Shown here piece after piece: positions 13,358 through 26,085 of a DNA stretch of 58,242 nucleotides. Each line of letters starts with the position of its first letter. The stretch's first letter is position 1. The notes under the pieces are model-generated. The model worked only from the letters and a program-made list of their open reading frames with translations. It searched no databases and had not been told where the DNA came from. The DNA is from Chromera velia (lineage: Eukaryota), in assembly GCA_018398765.1 (NCBI GenBank), contig JAHBMJ010000071.1, positions 1-58,242 of the forward strand, given 5' to 3'. Made by a program: the position numbers and the translations under genes.

Positions 13358-13405
<48 letters not shown>

Positions 13406-13438
13406 CGTGTGTGCGTGTGTGCGTGTGTGCGTGTGCGT

Positions 13439-13473
<35 letters not shown>

Positions 13474-14146
13474 CGTGTGTGTGCGTGTGCGTGTGCGTGT
13501 GTGTCAGTGTCAGTGTCAGTGTGTCAGTGTGTCAGTGCGTCAGTGTGTCAGTGTGTCAGTGTGTNCAAATTTTTTGTGGAAAGAGGTCAAGTAGTGTTAA
13601 TGTGCTAGCCAATATCAATGTCTTCATCAAGTAATCCATCACCATTTTGCATTTCTGGGAAACAAGCAACAACACACAATGAAATTGTAAGAGCCCGAAC
13701 CTTAATCATTATAATCACTCTACTTGGCCATACACGGTACAGCGCAGATGTTTTTAGAGATCTCTGTCGAATCTTGTTCTTAGCTATTCCATGCCCACAC
13801 CAAGAATCTACATCCGACGAGTGAAAATGCCAAAAGGCAGACACGAAACACAACCTATCTCAACAAAGCACCAAAAATGACAAAACCCCAGAACGCAGCG
13901 GACAGAATCAAACAGAAAGGGGGCATACGAAGGCGGTCAAGAAACTTGTTTGGAGGTGACAATGGATGACTGAATAGCAAACACGATAATGTCTGGATTC
14001 TCCTTTGCCCGCCTTCCTCACACCGGAGAGAAACAGAAATGCCCTCGTCGGGAGGGGGGCGAGGGTGGCAGGGAAAGGTTTGAGAAGGGGCAGAACGAGA
14101 AGGGCCTCTGTCTCTCTCTCTCTCTCCCTCTCCCTCTCCCCCTGTG

Positions 14147-14190
<44 letters not shown>
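12777..14190. other. Probable assembly artefact: identical ~615-bp duplication across a single-N gap
   Basis: 12777-~13394 is identical to 13566-~14183. The N at 13565 follows a (GT)n microsatellite. Confidence 0.85.
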
Positions 14191-14211
<21 letters not shown>

Positions 14212-17200
14212 TACGTGCCTGCTTACATTTTTCAGGCGAGTTTCTTTCCCCTCTGCGTTGTCCTTCCTGTCACTCTCTACATTTCCCTTTGATATTTGTG
14301 GCGCTGAAATGCTGACTGAAGAAAGAAGAGTGAATGGAAGAAGAAGAGCATCGACGCCCAGGAAGCGGAAGGACTCGCAACTGGATCAGTTACTGGTGAT
14401 ACACAACTTACTTACACACCGACTTTGTCTCACTCATCACTCACTCACTCACTCACTCACTCACTCACGGACTCGTCTCTCGTGTCGTTCCCATCCCTAG
14501 GCTTCCTGCCAGCTCTTGCAGTCTTCTCTTGGCAGCACAAGAGAGCCACTGTGCTGGTTGTGTCTCCTCTCTCCATGTCGAGTCAAACAGCGATCCCCTG
14601 AGGAAGTGAGTGTCCCTTCCCATCACGTGCCCTTCCCTTGCACCTGCTGGCGCCGAGACCTCGACAGAGTCGGGAGTTGATGTGCAGTTGCCGTCTCTTC
14701 CTGCCCGGGTGGGGGGCGAATCTTTCGGGATTTCGTCTGGCAATGCGGAGATGAGAAGACGAGGCGCCACGGGCAATGCAGGGGAAACACACAGAGAACA
14801 AAAAACGGGGGGACGGCGATTCAGAGAACAGAATCAAAGACACCCAAAAAGGGCAGCATGAGTCAGCAACCGCACATAGCCTTTGGTCCTGCCCAGGAAG
14901 ACTAGGAGGAGGTGCATTCATCACGGGGATTTGACGGTTCCTGGAAAATAAATGCATGAATGAACGAAAGAATCAATGAGAGTGCGTGACCGGACGAAAA
15001 ATGCATAGGAACCAACTGGTTCAACAGAAAAGCCAAACCAGAAACTGCAAGCAACATCGGTCGCTCGAAGGTCCTCAAAGCGTAAATGTACATTTCACAG
15101 AAAAGTCCCTTCCCGAACTGAGTGCGGAGACTGGAATGCACAGACGGGCGGCCACTGTTCGATCATTCATTGTGCATAATCCCGGCATGATGGGTGGTGC
15201 CATACAGGGACACAGCAGGCACAAAACAGCATGCAAAGCTAGGACAGATACTGCATTGGTATTTGACGATGTGTTGAGGAGGGCAGGGAGGCGGTCGGTT
15301 TGCATCGTGAAAAAGGCCGGTGACTGTCGACGCCCTGGCTGACCAACCTGCATGCCGCCCCCCTCCGGTACCTGACGAGGCGGTTGTTGATGCAGAGATG
15401 GCCAGTGTGGTATCAACAGAGAGAGGTGTGGATTGGATCGACCTGGCAGAAGCATATTGGATCTCTGCTGGACACTCTGCTTGAAGGTGACTGGAAGATC
15501 CATTAGATCCCTTCAGTGCGTTTCTTTCTGCTGAGAGTCCATCTACATGCATGAGGCCACCGCTTCCCTCTAGACCGCCAGTCGAGGTTTCTGTTGCTGC
15601 TTCGTGTTTTGCTCGTAGAAGCTTCGTCAGGGCTTCCTCGGAATCATCCGAAAGGAGCGGTGAGAAGTCAATGAGGATAAATGGGAGAGACTTCAGAAGT
15701 GGGGGGCGCGAACAAAGAGCGGCACAGAGATCACTCAAAAGTCTGAAGACAGAAGGGACATACACACATACAGCTCATCCAAGGCAATGACAAAAACAGA
15801 TGCACAGATACTACTTTTGCACGAGAGGAGACCAAAAGAGACAGACGAACACGTGTCATCATCTGACAGACTGAGACAAGAATCGGAATCCTCCCTCCAT
15901 TGTTGCTGTCGACAGGCAGGCAGGGTCTATGATGTGCATGCAGACCCAACAAGAAGGCGCGAAAGGGAGGGTACAGCCAGTCGAAATGACAACACTTCCA
16001 TCCGTCTGTTTGATCACAGATTCCTTAGCTCGAATGCCAGCACTTTAAAAAGCGCAAAGAAGACATCGAAGAGGCTATAAAGTCTAATCCTCTCCCTTTC
16101 GACTTCTTCTCCGCCCCCCTTCTTGCCGACCCGTTTTTTCCTCTCTGTCTACGTCTGACTTCCTACGTCCCTCCCCTTTCTGGTAGCTGCCGCGGACCAT
16201 CCCACCCTCGTAGCTCACCCCTTTTTCAACTCCAAGAAAGCCCTGCACTTCACCGCCTAGAGGCACTCCTTGCCCTCCTTGAATTGATATGTCACACAGC
16301 TATCGACAGATCAACCCGAACACCGAATCGAAGGAACCAAGGAAGCAAACAAGAAAAGAAGGAAGGAGGGAAAGAAGAAAGGAAGGAAGCGACGAGCAGA
16401 TGAGAAAAGGGAGTGACGGACCTGTCAGAAAGGGGACTTTGGAGAAGAGACATGGGGTGGCTGACTCGCGGGACAGCATGGCGACTCAAGTCGATGCCCT
16501 CAGGGAAGAAGTCACAGGCGCCCCCTGATCTGTCCGTTTCCGGACTTGAACGGATGCGGGCACACAAGGCCGCCACATACTGCTCACACAGCTGCAAAAA
16601 GAAGAGCACCAACCACCACATAGAGACAGACGGAAACGCCCCATGATTCACTCTTTCCCGCCTTTTCTCCATGTGCATTACCCAAGAAGCAAAAAGAACC
16701 AAAGAACCAAAAAGCGAACGGAGAGGCAAACAGACTATATCAATGATTTTCTTTCATTTTCTTGCGTCTCTTCATGCCTACAACGGACAGACAGACTGCA
16801 TGAGTTTTTTCTTTTCCGCCCTTCTCACAACGAACGAACGCTTGGACGAAAAATGACGAAAAATAAATTATTGAATAAAGGAAGGAAGGAGTGAATTATT
16901 GATTCAGTGAACGAATGAACAAATGAACGGACGAATGGACGAATGAATTAACGAATGAACGAATGAATGGAACAGCGAACGAATGAACGACAAGTGGATG
17001 GAACGGAGGAAGGAAGGACGGAAGGAAGGAGTGCAAGACTTATATAAAGGGACCAAGGAAGAAAAGAAGGAAGGACGGAAACAAGCACACAAGCAACATT
17101 CCTGGTGAGAACCAAACTAACCGATTGTGCCAAGTATCGCACAGTAGTCTCTTCCGCAATTGTTTCACGGGAAATTTCCACTCGAAGTCGAAAAGCGGAC

Positions 17201-17602
17201 TCTCCCACAAGTTCCTTTTCCGCTGCCAGAAAACCATCAAGAGCAGAAAAAAACAAATCCGAAATTTTGGGACAGTTATATAACTTTCAATGTAGACGTC
17301 ACCGACTGGGCCCACTCCTTTTCTCTCTTTGCACAGGCAGATACAAGGCTGAGTACATGCCGCCTCCGCTCCTCCGGATTTGCATCTTCGTCCAGCTCTT
17401 TTGACGGTGCAAGAATGATTTGTGCAAACTCGGCAACTGCTTTATGAAAGTGTGCCATACTTTGTGTGGCTGCTTCACGGCGCTCCTCTGCACACACGTG
17501 GAGTGCTGTCACGAGGGTGTCCTCGTTGGTGTGGGAACTCAAGGCGAGACAACTCTCCGTCATTCGATGAGGAAGAAATTGAATCAAAATCGGAGACGCC
17601 AC
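12816..17602 (-). CDS. Probable multi-exon hypothetical protein gene (exon structure and start approximate)
   Basis: Protein-like minus-strand blocks, mostly bounded by pyrimidine-AG and GT: ~17570-17303 ([13 protein letters not shown]...), ~17222-17122 ([13 protein letters not shown]...), ~16592-16467 ([12 protein letters not shown]...), ~15742-15200 ([12 protein letters not shown]...), and a last exon [16 protein letters not shown]. No recognisable domain. Confidence 0.5.
13354..13564. repeat. (GT)n/(GTGC)/(GTGTCA) microsatellite
   Basis: Read directly from the sequence. Confidence 0.95.
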
Positions 17603-17936
17603 AATGCATGCAAATCAAAATTCGACGCTCAATCAAAATTGACACACATGCGACGACAAAGATCTCGAAGCTCTTTGCATGCAGACTTGCTCCATCTCTT
17701 TCAGCTCTTGAAAAAGGGTTTGGCCAGCAATGGCGGCTACCACTGTCCGCAGTGTCCGTCTACACTGCGTAGTCAAGTTCGGACATTTTCAGAAATTCAT
17801 GCATGATCGACAGATCCTACATAGGAGACGCGGGTGCAGAAATTTTGCATGGCCAAACTCTGCATGCGCATGCCGCGACTACGGCGCCCCCCCCCGCGCG
17901 GTTCCCCGGGCCACGCTGCCGCGCGGCTAGCGTCCC

Positions 17937-17977
17937 CGCCCGGCTGCCCGAAGGGCTGCCCTTCGGGCAGCCGGGCG
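17937..17977. repeat. Perfect GC-rich palindrome (20-bp arms, 1-nt spacer)
   Basis: CGCCCGGCTGCCCGAAGGGC-T-GCCCTTCGGGCAGCCGGGCG. On the minus strand CTAG (17927-17930) follows 6 nt later. Confidence 0.95.
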
Positions 17978-18361
17978 CTTAAGTAAACCCTTTCCCCCCG
18001 GTTGCCCTAATTGAAAATCTGTCTAGTGCTGGGAAGGGCTCCAAAGGGCAGCCGGGGGACAACCGGTAACAACCGGGGGGACTCCTCGCCCCCGCAGCTA
18101 CTTTAAATAGCATGCTTCACATATGAAAGACTGCCAAAGCCCGGAGTTTGATTCAAAGACCATAACTTCCGGTCCACAAGGTCATAAGAAGGCTTCTTAG
18201 GGGTATTTCGATCATATGTTTTCCAATCTTCTTGTATCTTCTTACTTTCATGGTTGTCATATCAATGGTCAATCTAGTAAATCTAGTTGTCAATTAATTA
18301 GAGCTTTTCATTTGTAGCTTGATATATATACAGTTTCATTAAGCAGAATAAAGTCAGTATA

Positions 18362-18804
18362 ACTAAGAAGTCCTAGAGAAATCTGCCTACTTGAAAGATG
18401 GAAAGATGGATTGACATACACACTTTTACTCAGCAATAGATCCAACCTTGAACATGCCTACGATCACTGGTTACGAAACAAGACACCTACACTGTCCATG
18501 TAGTTTATATGATCCGTCGGGTTCACTCGGTACATCATACATGGATGCACTATCACAGTAGTGTGACTTTAGGCAGTCTGTCCTTCTCCTCTCTTCGGTG
18601 TTTGATCCGTTTGTCTGGAAAGCATGCAGTTCTTGTTTGTATTGCATTTTGCAGTCTCGATTGAATTTCATTTTTTTGCATGCATCAATAATTCCATGCG
18701 TATGCAATTAATTTCCGATTCCGATGGTGGCGCGACTGCACTTGAGGACAAAGATGGATTAGAAGCTCTGTAGCGACGTCAGGCGACGACACTAACTTTA
18801 TATA
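18362..18804 (-). repeat. 3' LTR of the copia element
   Basis: Ungapped match to 25549-25991 (28 mismatches by hand count). Preceded on the minus strand by the PPT GATGAAAGGGTG (18805-18816). Confidence 0.93.
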
Positions 18805-20512
18805 CACCCTTTCATCCTTGGACTTGATAGTTTGTTTGTTTTCTTCTTTTTGAGTCAAATACTCACTTCGATAACTTTCTTCTTGGAGGTTCTGTCTGTC
18901 CCAGCATTGCGCACCGCTTACACTCCTTTCCCTCCAACTCTCTTTCCTTCTCCTTTTTTTTTCTCTCTCTTCTCTGTCTTGGGTCTCTTCTTCTGTGTTC
19001 CTTCTTGTCTTCTCTCTGCTTCGCCCTCGGGTTGGCCGGACCCTTGTTTCACGAGAGTTCAGACAGTCAGGTTGTTTCTTTTTTTCTTATTCGATCGATC
19101 GATTTTTCGCTTTCTCCCCTTGCTTGCTTTCTCCCCACCCCCCCCCTTTCAATCGATGGAACGAGTATTGCAGTTACTGTTCTTTCTTTCTGTCTTGTAT
19201 TCTAACTGCCACTTCACTTCCATGTACATGCTTCGAGATTGCTCTTTCTCTGTTTCTCGTTCTCCTTACTTCCTTCTTTCTTTCTTTCTTTCTTCTTTTT
19301 TTCTTTCTTTCTTTCTTTTTTTTTTTTTTCTTCCTTTCTTTGTTTTCTCTTCTCGTCTTGGAGACTACGAGCGGTCACTTCCTTCTCATTGCAATGGACT
19401 CTGCTTCCTCTAGGCTGTCAGGACTTTGACTCGGTCCTCTCTATGACGTGTTTGGTCTGCCCTCTTTCAGACCTTGAGTGAACCTCGCCCCACCTGTCGG
19501 TGCTTCCTCCTTATCTTGATCCGGTCATAAATTCCTCCCTTCTTCCTTTTTCTGTTCTTCCTCTCTGTTTCTTTCTATCTTTTTTTTTTTTCTTTCTTCT
19601 TCTTTTCAGATTTTTTCCTTCACCCTGTCCCTTTCCTCTTTTCCTCTATTTTTTGCCTCATTTACCTTTTTTTCATCTTCTTTCCCCTTTCCTTTTTTGT
19701 TTCTTTATAGCTTTCTGCGGCTCTCTAACTTTATTCTCCTCTTTCGTTCTTTTCTTTTGGTTCCGTAAATAGCCTGTTGCTTTCCCCTGTTTGTCTTCGT
19801 CTTCCTTCCTTCTGTCTTCCTTTCTCTTTCCTTCTCATCCTTTCTCCCTCTCTTTCTGCTCCTCCATTCTCTGCTTCCCTATTTACTGTTTCATCTCTTT
19901 TCCTTCTTCCTTTCTATCACTGTTTATTTTTTTTTTCCTTTTCTTCCTTCTTTTCTTTTTTTTTTTTTCTTTCCTCTTCATATTTTTTTCATTGCTCTGC
20001 CTTTTTCCCTCACGACATGCACCCTTTGCCCTCGTTCTGCCTTGACAGTAACCAACTCCAAAATCTGACCAATCATGCATGCTCTCTTAAAGCCCCTCTG
20101 CAGCCACAAGGTGATGCCCAAATAGATCTCTGAGCCCAGACAAGGATGAGAAGGAAACCTTGGAGGGACAAGAAGGGACACTTCTAAGATGAGAGAAAGG
20201 ATGAGAAAGACAGAAAAAAAGACGCGAAAGAGTTAGCACTTAAAATCATGTAGGTACGTCTGCAGAAAAAGAGATTGGATCAGTCGCTGACCTGCCTTGC
20301 TCCCACCCAAAACCGCATCGAAAGAACAACGTAAATGCACACCCTCACTCACATGCATTCCCTCCCCCTCTTCCTTTGATGGACTCATCCCCTTTCCCTT
20401 GACCACGCCTCTTCGTCTCTGTATGTGCAAAATCGTGTCATGTCACTGACTCACTCGCCTTCAGCACCTTCCATCTCTTTTCTTCCATCCTCCTGTCAAA
20501 CTTTCCTCCCGC

Positions 20513-23500
20513 CTATCCTTTCTTCCCCCAGATCGGCTTCGTGAGCCAATCCACCTGGTTGAGTGCTCTCGGTGTCCAGACGATTCCACGTTCTGGGTTT
20601 ACCCCTATCCTTCTGAATGTCTGAATGATATAATCGAGTTTTTGCCCAACTTTTGGCTGCAGCTCTGGCTCTTTGGTGACTTTGCCTGACCTCAGACACA
20701 CATGTAGAACAGTGGAATCGATATATACGATAACCTCAGGGAATGGCCCCATCAGTTCGTCTATGAGATACAGGATCCTCCAGATTTCTTTTACCCCAAA
20801 TTTCAGAGAGATCAGCTCACCTGCATATAAACTATCCATCAACCTCTCCTCCTCCTCCGACTTAGGCAATGGTCCTGGCATGACGTCTTTCTCGGTCTTG
20901 TAAAAGACTGGGTTCTACTCACCCCCTTCTTCGCGTGACCACGTTTCATCTCCCTAAAATGCCACCACCCCCTTCCTGACCATTTTCGTTTTCTTTTTCC
21001 TCCCACAATCTGTGTACACGTGCACTTTCCTCCCCTTAAAGTTTCCCCCCAGAGGCCTCAGTTCGATTCTTTGCTTCTCTTTCTTCACTTTCTCGAGGAC
21101 CAAACCTATATTGCGGAGTATGCGTCTGCAGGGGTTTTGGACGTGCCGCTGAAGCTTGTGGCAGAACACACAGTTCTTCCACAGGAGCTTTGTCCCCCAC
21201 CTTAGAATTCCATTTGCTGCTCCCACCTCATCCTGGATTGAGGGATCAATCTCCTCCATCTCCACCTCCCTCATTGCATGCTTATCGACTGCAGCTTTTG
21301 ATCCCTCCGCCATTTCAAGAATGCGGTCTGTATCCACTTCCTGCAGGTACTTCATCTGTGACAAGTACAGCCCCCCCCTCTCCATCTGGATGTCGATGCC
21401 TGTGAATCGGTCGCTCCCCCCTTCCGGAGCACTCCGACCTTCTCAATCTTCATTTTTTTTTCCTAATTCCTCTAAATCCGACTCGACATGCTCTCCTGCT
21501 CCTTGAATGTCCTCAACATGGTGGAAAATCATATTGGTGGCTGGGCTTCTCTCACACGGTACCCCTTCTTTCATTCCATCTCTTCCTGCTCCTTCTCTTC
21601 GCACCAACACTGCCTCCTCTACGAGTGTGTAGTCGCCTACCTGCTAGAGGTATGGCCTTGCTGCTGTTGTTGCTGCTGTTGTTGTTGTGGCTGTGCCTGC
21701 CCTGCCTGACTCTGCCCCTGGGCCTGCTGTTGCTGTTGCTGTTAGGCTACTGTTTGTCTCAGTCTGTGAACTGCTAGAAATTCTCTTTCGTCCTCATCTA
21801 TGTCTGAATCCGAGTTATCATCACTTTCGAGCTGCAGCGCTGGCAAGTCATACTCTAAGTCTATGTCGGACCCTTCAATCCGCACCTCTGACTCCTTCTT
21901 GGACTCCACTAGAAATTCTTTTAGCTCTTATTCACGCTCGGCCTCCACTACCTCGCCATTCATTTCTTCGAATCGGATTTCTCTCTGACTCACCTGCAAG
22001 TACGGATTCTCCTGTCTCCCCTCCATCGTCTTCATCTGCTTCTGTTGGTTGTGCTCCTTTCCGCCCTCCTGTACTTTGCGCGTCTCTTCACCTGCTCCTG
22101 GTTGGGGAAGAATCTACACCCCCTCTGTGGCCTCTAGGACTGTCTCTTGCTCGGCTGAAAGGGATCCGTCTAGAAGGGACTGACTGGCAGCTTCCCTCCC
22201 CTTGAACCCCCATTCGAACAGCACCCTTTTCCTTGCCTGAAGCACGTCAATTTTATAGACAAGGTGAAAGAGGAATTCATTCTCCTCCTCTTCCTTCTTC
22301 TCCATCACTTTGACTGTTGCTCCTGCCTCTTTAGAGATATACCACCCCTTCTTCCCTTGCAACTCGATTCTTTTCGGGGCGGTCTTCGGGTGGTGGAGAC
22401 GGAAGGTGACCTGATCTCCACACATAAAGGACAAATCGGGCTGCCTGCCATGCTTTTTGTTATAAGGGTTGGTCCCTAGCTCGTGCGTATACAGTGCCAT
22501 GTACGTTTGCACCATGCAACCCCTTCAAAATCTCTGGCAAAACCGCCTTCGGCCATCCTTTCTCCCTCAACACTGTCTCTGTCAGTCTTTGCACCATCCG
22601 AATAGCATTCTCTACCACTTTTTGTGACTTTGATTTGTATGCTGCGCTTTTTTTGAAGTATGGCATCGGCAACACCTCTCTCATCCTCTTTCTTTTCATC
22701 ACTGCTTCTTTGTCTGATCAGATTCTGTAGATGCTTGGCTGACAGTGTTTATACGGCCGGGGAAGGAGACTTCTGTTGTCTGCTAAGAACCGAATATAGT
22801 GATCGAGGATATCTCTCTTCACATTGAGAGACATCACATCAATCTCTTGAGTGTGTAGCTCTACGATGACTGAGAACGGATACTCCCCCAAGAACCCAAT
22901 GTCACCATAAATCACCTCCCCCTAACTCTTTGCCTCTCTCTCTCTCTCCTGTCTGTCACAAGGCGAGGACTCCTGTTGACTGCATTTCTCATCTCACATA
23001 CCCCACAGTCCTCCCACACTTGTCTCCTTGTCTGCTCACTGACCCCCACTCCCCTCTCTCTGAGTGTTGCTGCTAGTCGGTTGATGTCGCAGTGCAGGAA
23101 CCTCGTATGCCATGCCCCCAATTCTTCCTTCTCAGTGATCATTTTCTTTTCTTCTCTCTTTTTCATCTCCTCCACTCTGAGCTGTTTTTGGACAAAGGCG
23201 TGAGCCTCCAGAGGTGGCATCTCCTTGTTGGGTGGTTGTCTCATGGGAAGCAAGATGAGGAAGGACAGGTTAAACTCCTTGTCCCCCTCAGGATGGGTAA
23301 TGACTAACCTGGTGAACCTTCCGTCTGTGTTCATGACCGTGATATAATTTTCCCCTCCCTTACTCTCATCTATTCCATCATCTATCACGACATACGTAGA
23401 ACGAGTTGCAAGCTTTTGCGCCATGCAGTGTGAGTTCTTTATAAAAAGAATTATGTTGTCTCTGTGCTCTGTTTTCTCCGACCCCTGCTGACCACCTCCT

Positions 23501-25537
23501 GTCCGGTCTGACCAGCCTAGCTGTGAAACCCTCTTTCCTGCACTGTTTCCCTTGCAGAAGAAGCAATTCTTTATAGTTGATTGGCGGCGCTAAACGTTGC
23601 TTTTGAGCGTATCCATTAGTGTTGTGCCTGTGGATTTCTTTGCAGGTGACATTCACTAACTTCTACGTGCCGCGGTGATCGTAATTTTTCCTACCATGCA
23701 CCCTAGCTAATCAACCAGTCTTTTGAGCATATTTGAGCAGATTTGCACAAGAGTAACGATTTTAAATGCTTTAAAAGACTCTAGATTGCTTCAAGTAACC
23801 TAGTTTTACTTTATAATGAAGCTAGAATATAGTAAATTTAAAAGTCACTTTGGATTCCACTAAGTCCTACTTAAGAGTCCACTCTGTTATATATGTCTGG
23901 ATACCACCGAAGGTCAACGCTCCTTTTGCCCCTTTCTCCATCCTGTCACGAGCTCATCCGCTCGTTCACAGTCATCATCGAGGACTCGAGGAATAGATCT
24001 GCAGACAGAAACATCAGGGAAAAGGAAACGAGTCTATCATATTGTTGACCCAATTAGTTACAGTCTAAGAGGGAACAGTTCGGAGAAGAGGCAGTGCAAA
24101 CCGACCTCCCTCCCTCTCTCTGCTGCTTCCTTGGGTCATAGTCCTCGGGAGATTCATTTGAGGCCAAGTGTAAAGCGTAGTCAACTTGCCTGGAAGTCTT
24201 CCATTTTCGGGTCTGTCAGCATGGGTCTGTGGGACAGATGTCTACTGTGTGTATCGATCCGGTGGCAGTCATGATGGAGGAGGCAGATTCATTTGGGAAT
24301 GTTGCGGCTGCAGCTGCATGGGAAATTCGGGGCAATATTTGGCAAAGTGCCCTTTTTATACTATACCGAGGGCAGATGTGATTGCAGGCCTAACAGTCGT
24401 GTGGACCCCTTATCCAATAACCGCACCCTGAGTACCCTCTATCCTGTGGTGGCGGTCGGAAGTTTGGCCTCTTGTCCTCTCTCCATTGTCCCGGCTCCCT
24501 GTTTATCTGTCCTCCCGCCCCTGGCCAATTGCGTCTCTCTGGTTGTCGATGGTAGCCTGGTTGGCCCTAAGGCGGGACCCCGACCCCTCCGACATAGTTT
24601 GCTTCGGTTTAACCCATGGGCTGCTGTGCTACTGTTTGGGAATTCTGGATCTAGTGCTGGATCCATGCAGGGTTCTGCAGGTGAGTGAAGGTCGAGGGGG
24701 TCTGGGTGAACATGGCATTGCTTTGTTTACGAGAGTCTCACGCCATCTGCCAGATCAGTGCTGGCTCATCTTCATCTGCTCTTACTCCAACTTCCTCCTT
24801 CTCTCTGACTCTTTTCTGTTGCTGTAGGTAAGTCTCTCATTCTGTCTTCTCCCCCTCTGATTCCCACCTTGCAAGGGAGTCTTCTTCATGTTCATCAATC
24901 TCCTCCCTAATGGCCTTAATTAACTCCTCATATTTATTATAGTCCGCCTTCATCCCGTTATGGAGGGTGAACGCAAGCAGTTAAAGGAGTCCATCTTGCA
25001 CATAGCGTGCTGCCTCTTCACTGCTGAGGGTCATGCTGCATCTACCTGCAAGGGTCATCAGTCGTTGGGCTATGGTAAGAAGCCTTCGGGGTTGGGTTGT
25101 CCATACTGTTTTCCTTACCATACTGCCTGGATTCCCCCACGATCTTCTAACTTTCTTCTGTTGAATGTGCTGGGCCACCTGTCTCTTGTCTTTGATTGCC
25201 TCCCACACCTTATCTTTGTATGCTTCTGGGTCCGCATTGTTGTTTTGATCAAGAATCTTGCCGTCATAGTACTCCTGGATAACCGTCTCGACTGCTACTC
25301 TCTTGTCATGGGTTCGGTTCCTTTGATCGCCGCTTTGAGCTGGTCCACCTCCCATAAAGCTTTCTTTTTTGCTGTGGGTATTGCATGGTATGCTGCCGAC
25401 CCGTCCTTTTTTACCAGGCAGTCCAACCTCCATTTTTTGTACGTCCATTCCTGTTCTGCAGACAGGCTTGGGAAAACTGATTTCTTCCCTCCTCTCTCCT
25501 CTTCAAGATCGTCCATTCCGCCAGTTCGCAAGCCCAC
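20513..25537 (-). pseudogene. gag-pol of the copia element (many stops and frameshifts; RT apparently partly deleted)
   Basis: Fragment ORFs 25295-25537, 22912-23424, 22718-22915, 22460-22702, 22114-22515, 20954-21385 and 20513-20881. Confidence 0.88.
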
Positions 25538-25549
25538 CTGGGAGTACCA
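25533..25549 (-). promoter_or_regulatory. Primer-binding site complementary to a tRNA 3' end
   Basis: TGGTACTCCCAGGTGGG lies immediately inside the 5' LTR. Its complement CCCACCTGGGAGTA-CCA resembles a tRNA T-stem, acceptor strand and CCA. The isoacceptor is not certain. Confidence 0.8.
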
Positions 25550-25991
25550 CTAAGAAGTCCTAGGGAAATCTGCCTACTTGAAAGATGGAAAGATGGATGG
25601 ACATACAGACTTTTACTCAGCGATAGATCCGATCTTGAACATGCCTACGATCACTGGTCATGAAACAAGACACCTACACTGTCCATGTAGTTCATATGAT
25701 CCGTCGGGTTCACTCGGTACATCATACATGGATGCACTATCACAGTAGTGTGACTTTAGGCAGTCTGTCCTTCTCCTCTCTTCGGTGTTTGATCCGTTTG
25801 TCTGGAAAGCATGCAGTCTTTGTTTGTATTACATTTTGCAGTCTTGATTGAATTTCATTTTTCTGCATACATCAATAATTCCATGCGTATGCAATTAATT
25901 TCCGATTCCGATGGTGGCGCGACTGCACTCGAGGATAAGGATGGATCAGAAGCTCCATAGCGATGCCAGGCAACGACGCTAACTTCGTACA
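25549..25991 (-). repeat. 5' LTR of the copia element
   Basis: Begins TGTAC on the minus strand, is flanked by TSD GTATA (25992-25996) and abuts the PBS. Confidence 0.93.
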
Positions 25992-26085
25992 GTATAGCTT
26001 TCCGTCTTTCCGTCTTCCACTTGTTCTATCTCTGTGCCACTGAGAAGCTAAATAGGCTAAGCCAGACTCATCTAATAATGGGAGC

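Larger units (their letters stand above)
18362..25991 (-). mobile_element. Full-length, decayed Ty1/copia LTR retrotransposon (7.63 kb)
   Basis: Two 443-bp direct repeats, TSD GTATA, PBS and PPT. Minus-strand domain order: gag (CxxYxxxGHxxxxC knuckle ~24330-24380), WHTRFLH...CGVC zinc finger, integrase core (YGD...SD...VVEN), RT remnant (LYLSQMKY), RNase H (VYTD...VYIDS...NQVDWLTKP). Confidence 0.93.

Noticed and set aside
12777..14190. Apparent recent exon duplication
   Set aside because: The copies are identical and separated by a lone N after a microsatellite, which indicates a contig-overlap artefact.
18832..20133. Phe/Leu/Ser-rich plus-strand ORFs resembling membrane proteins (also at 1700-2200, 7100-7450, 32656-33330)
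   Set aside because: Low-complexity shadows of pyrimidine tracts or antisense of charged TE frames.
25515..25549. tRNA gene
   Set aside because: Only the 3' ~17 nt including CCA match. It is the retrotransposon PBS.
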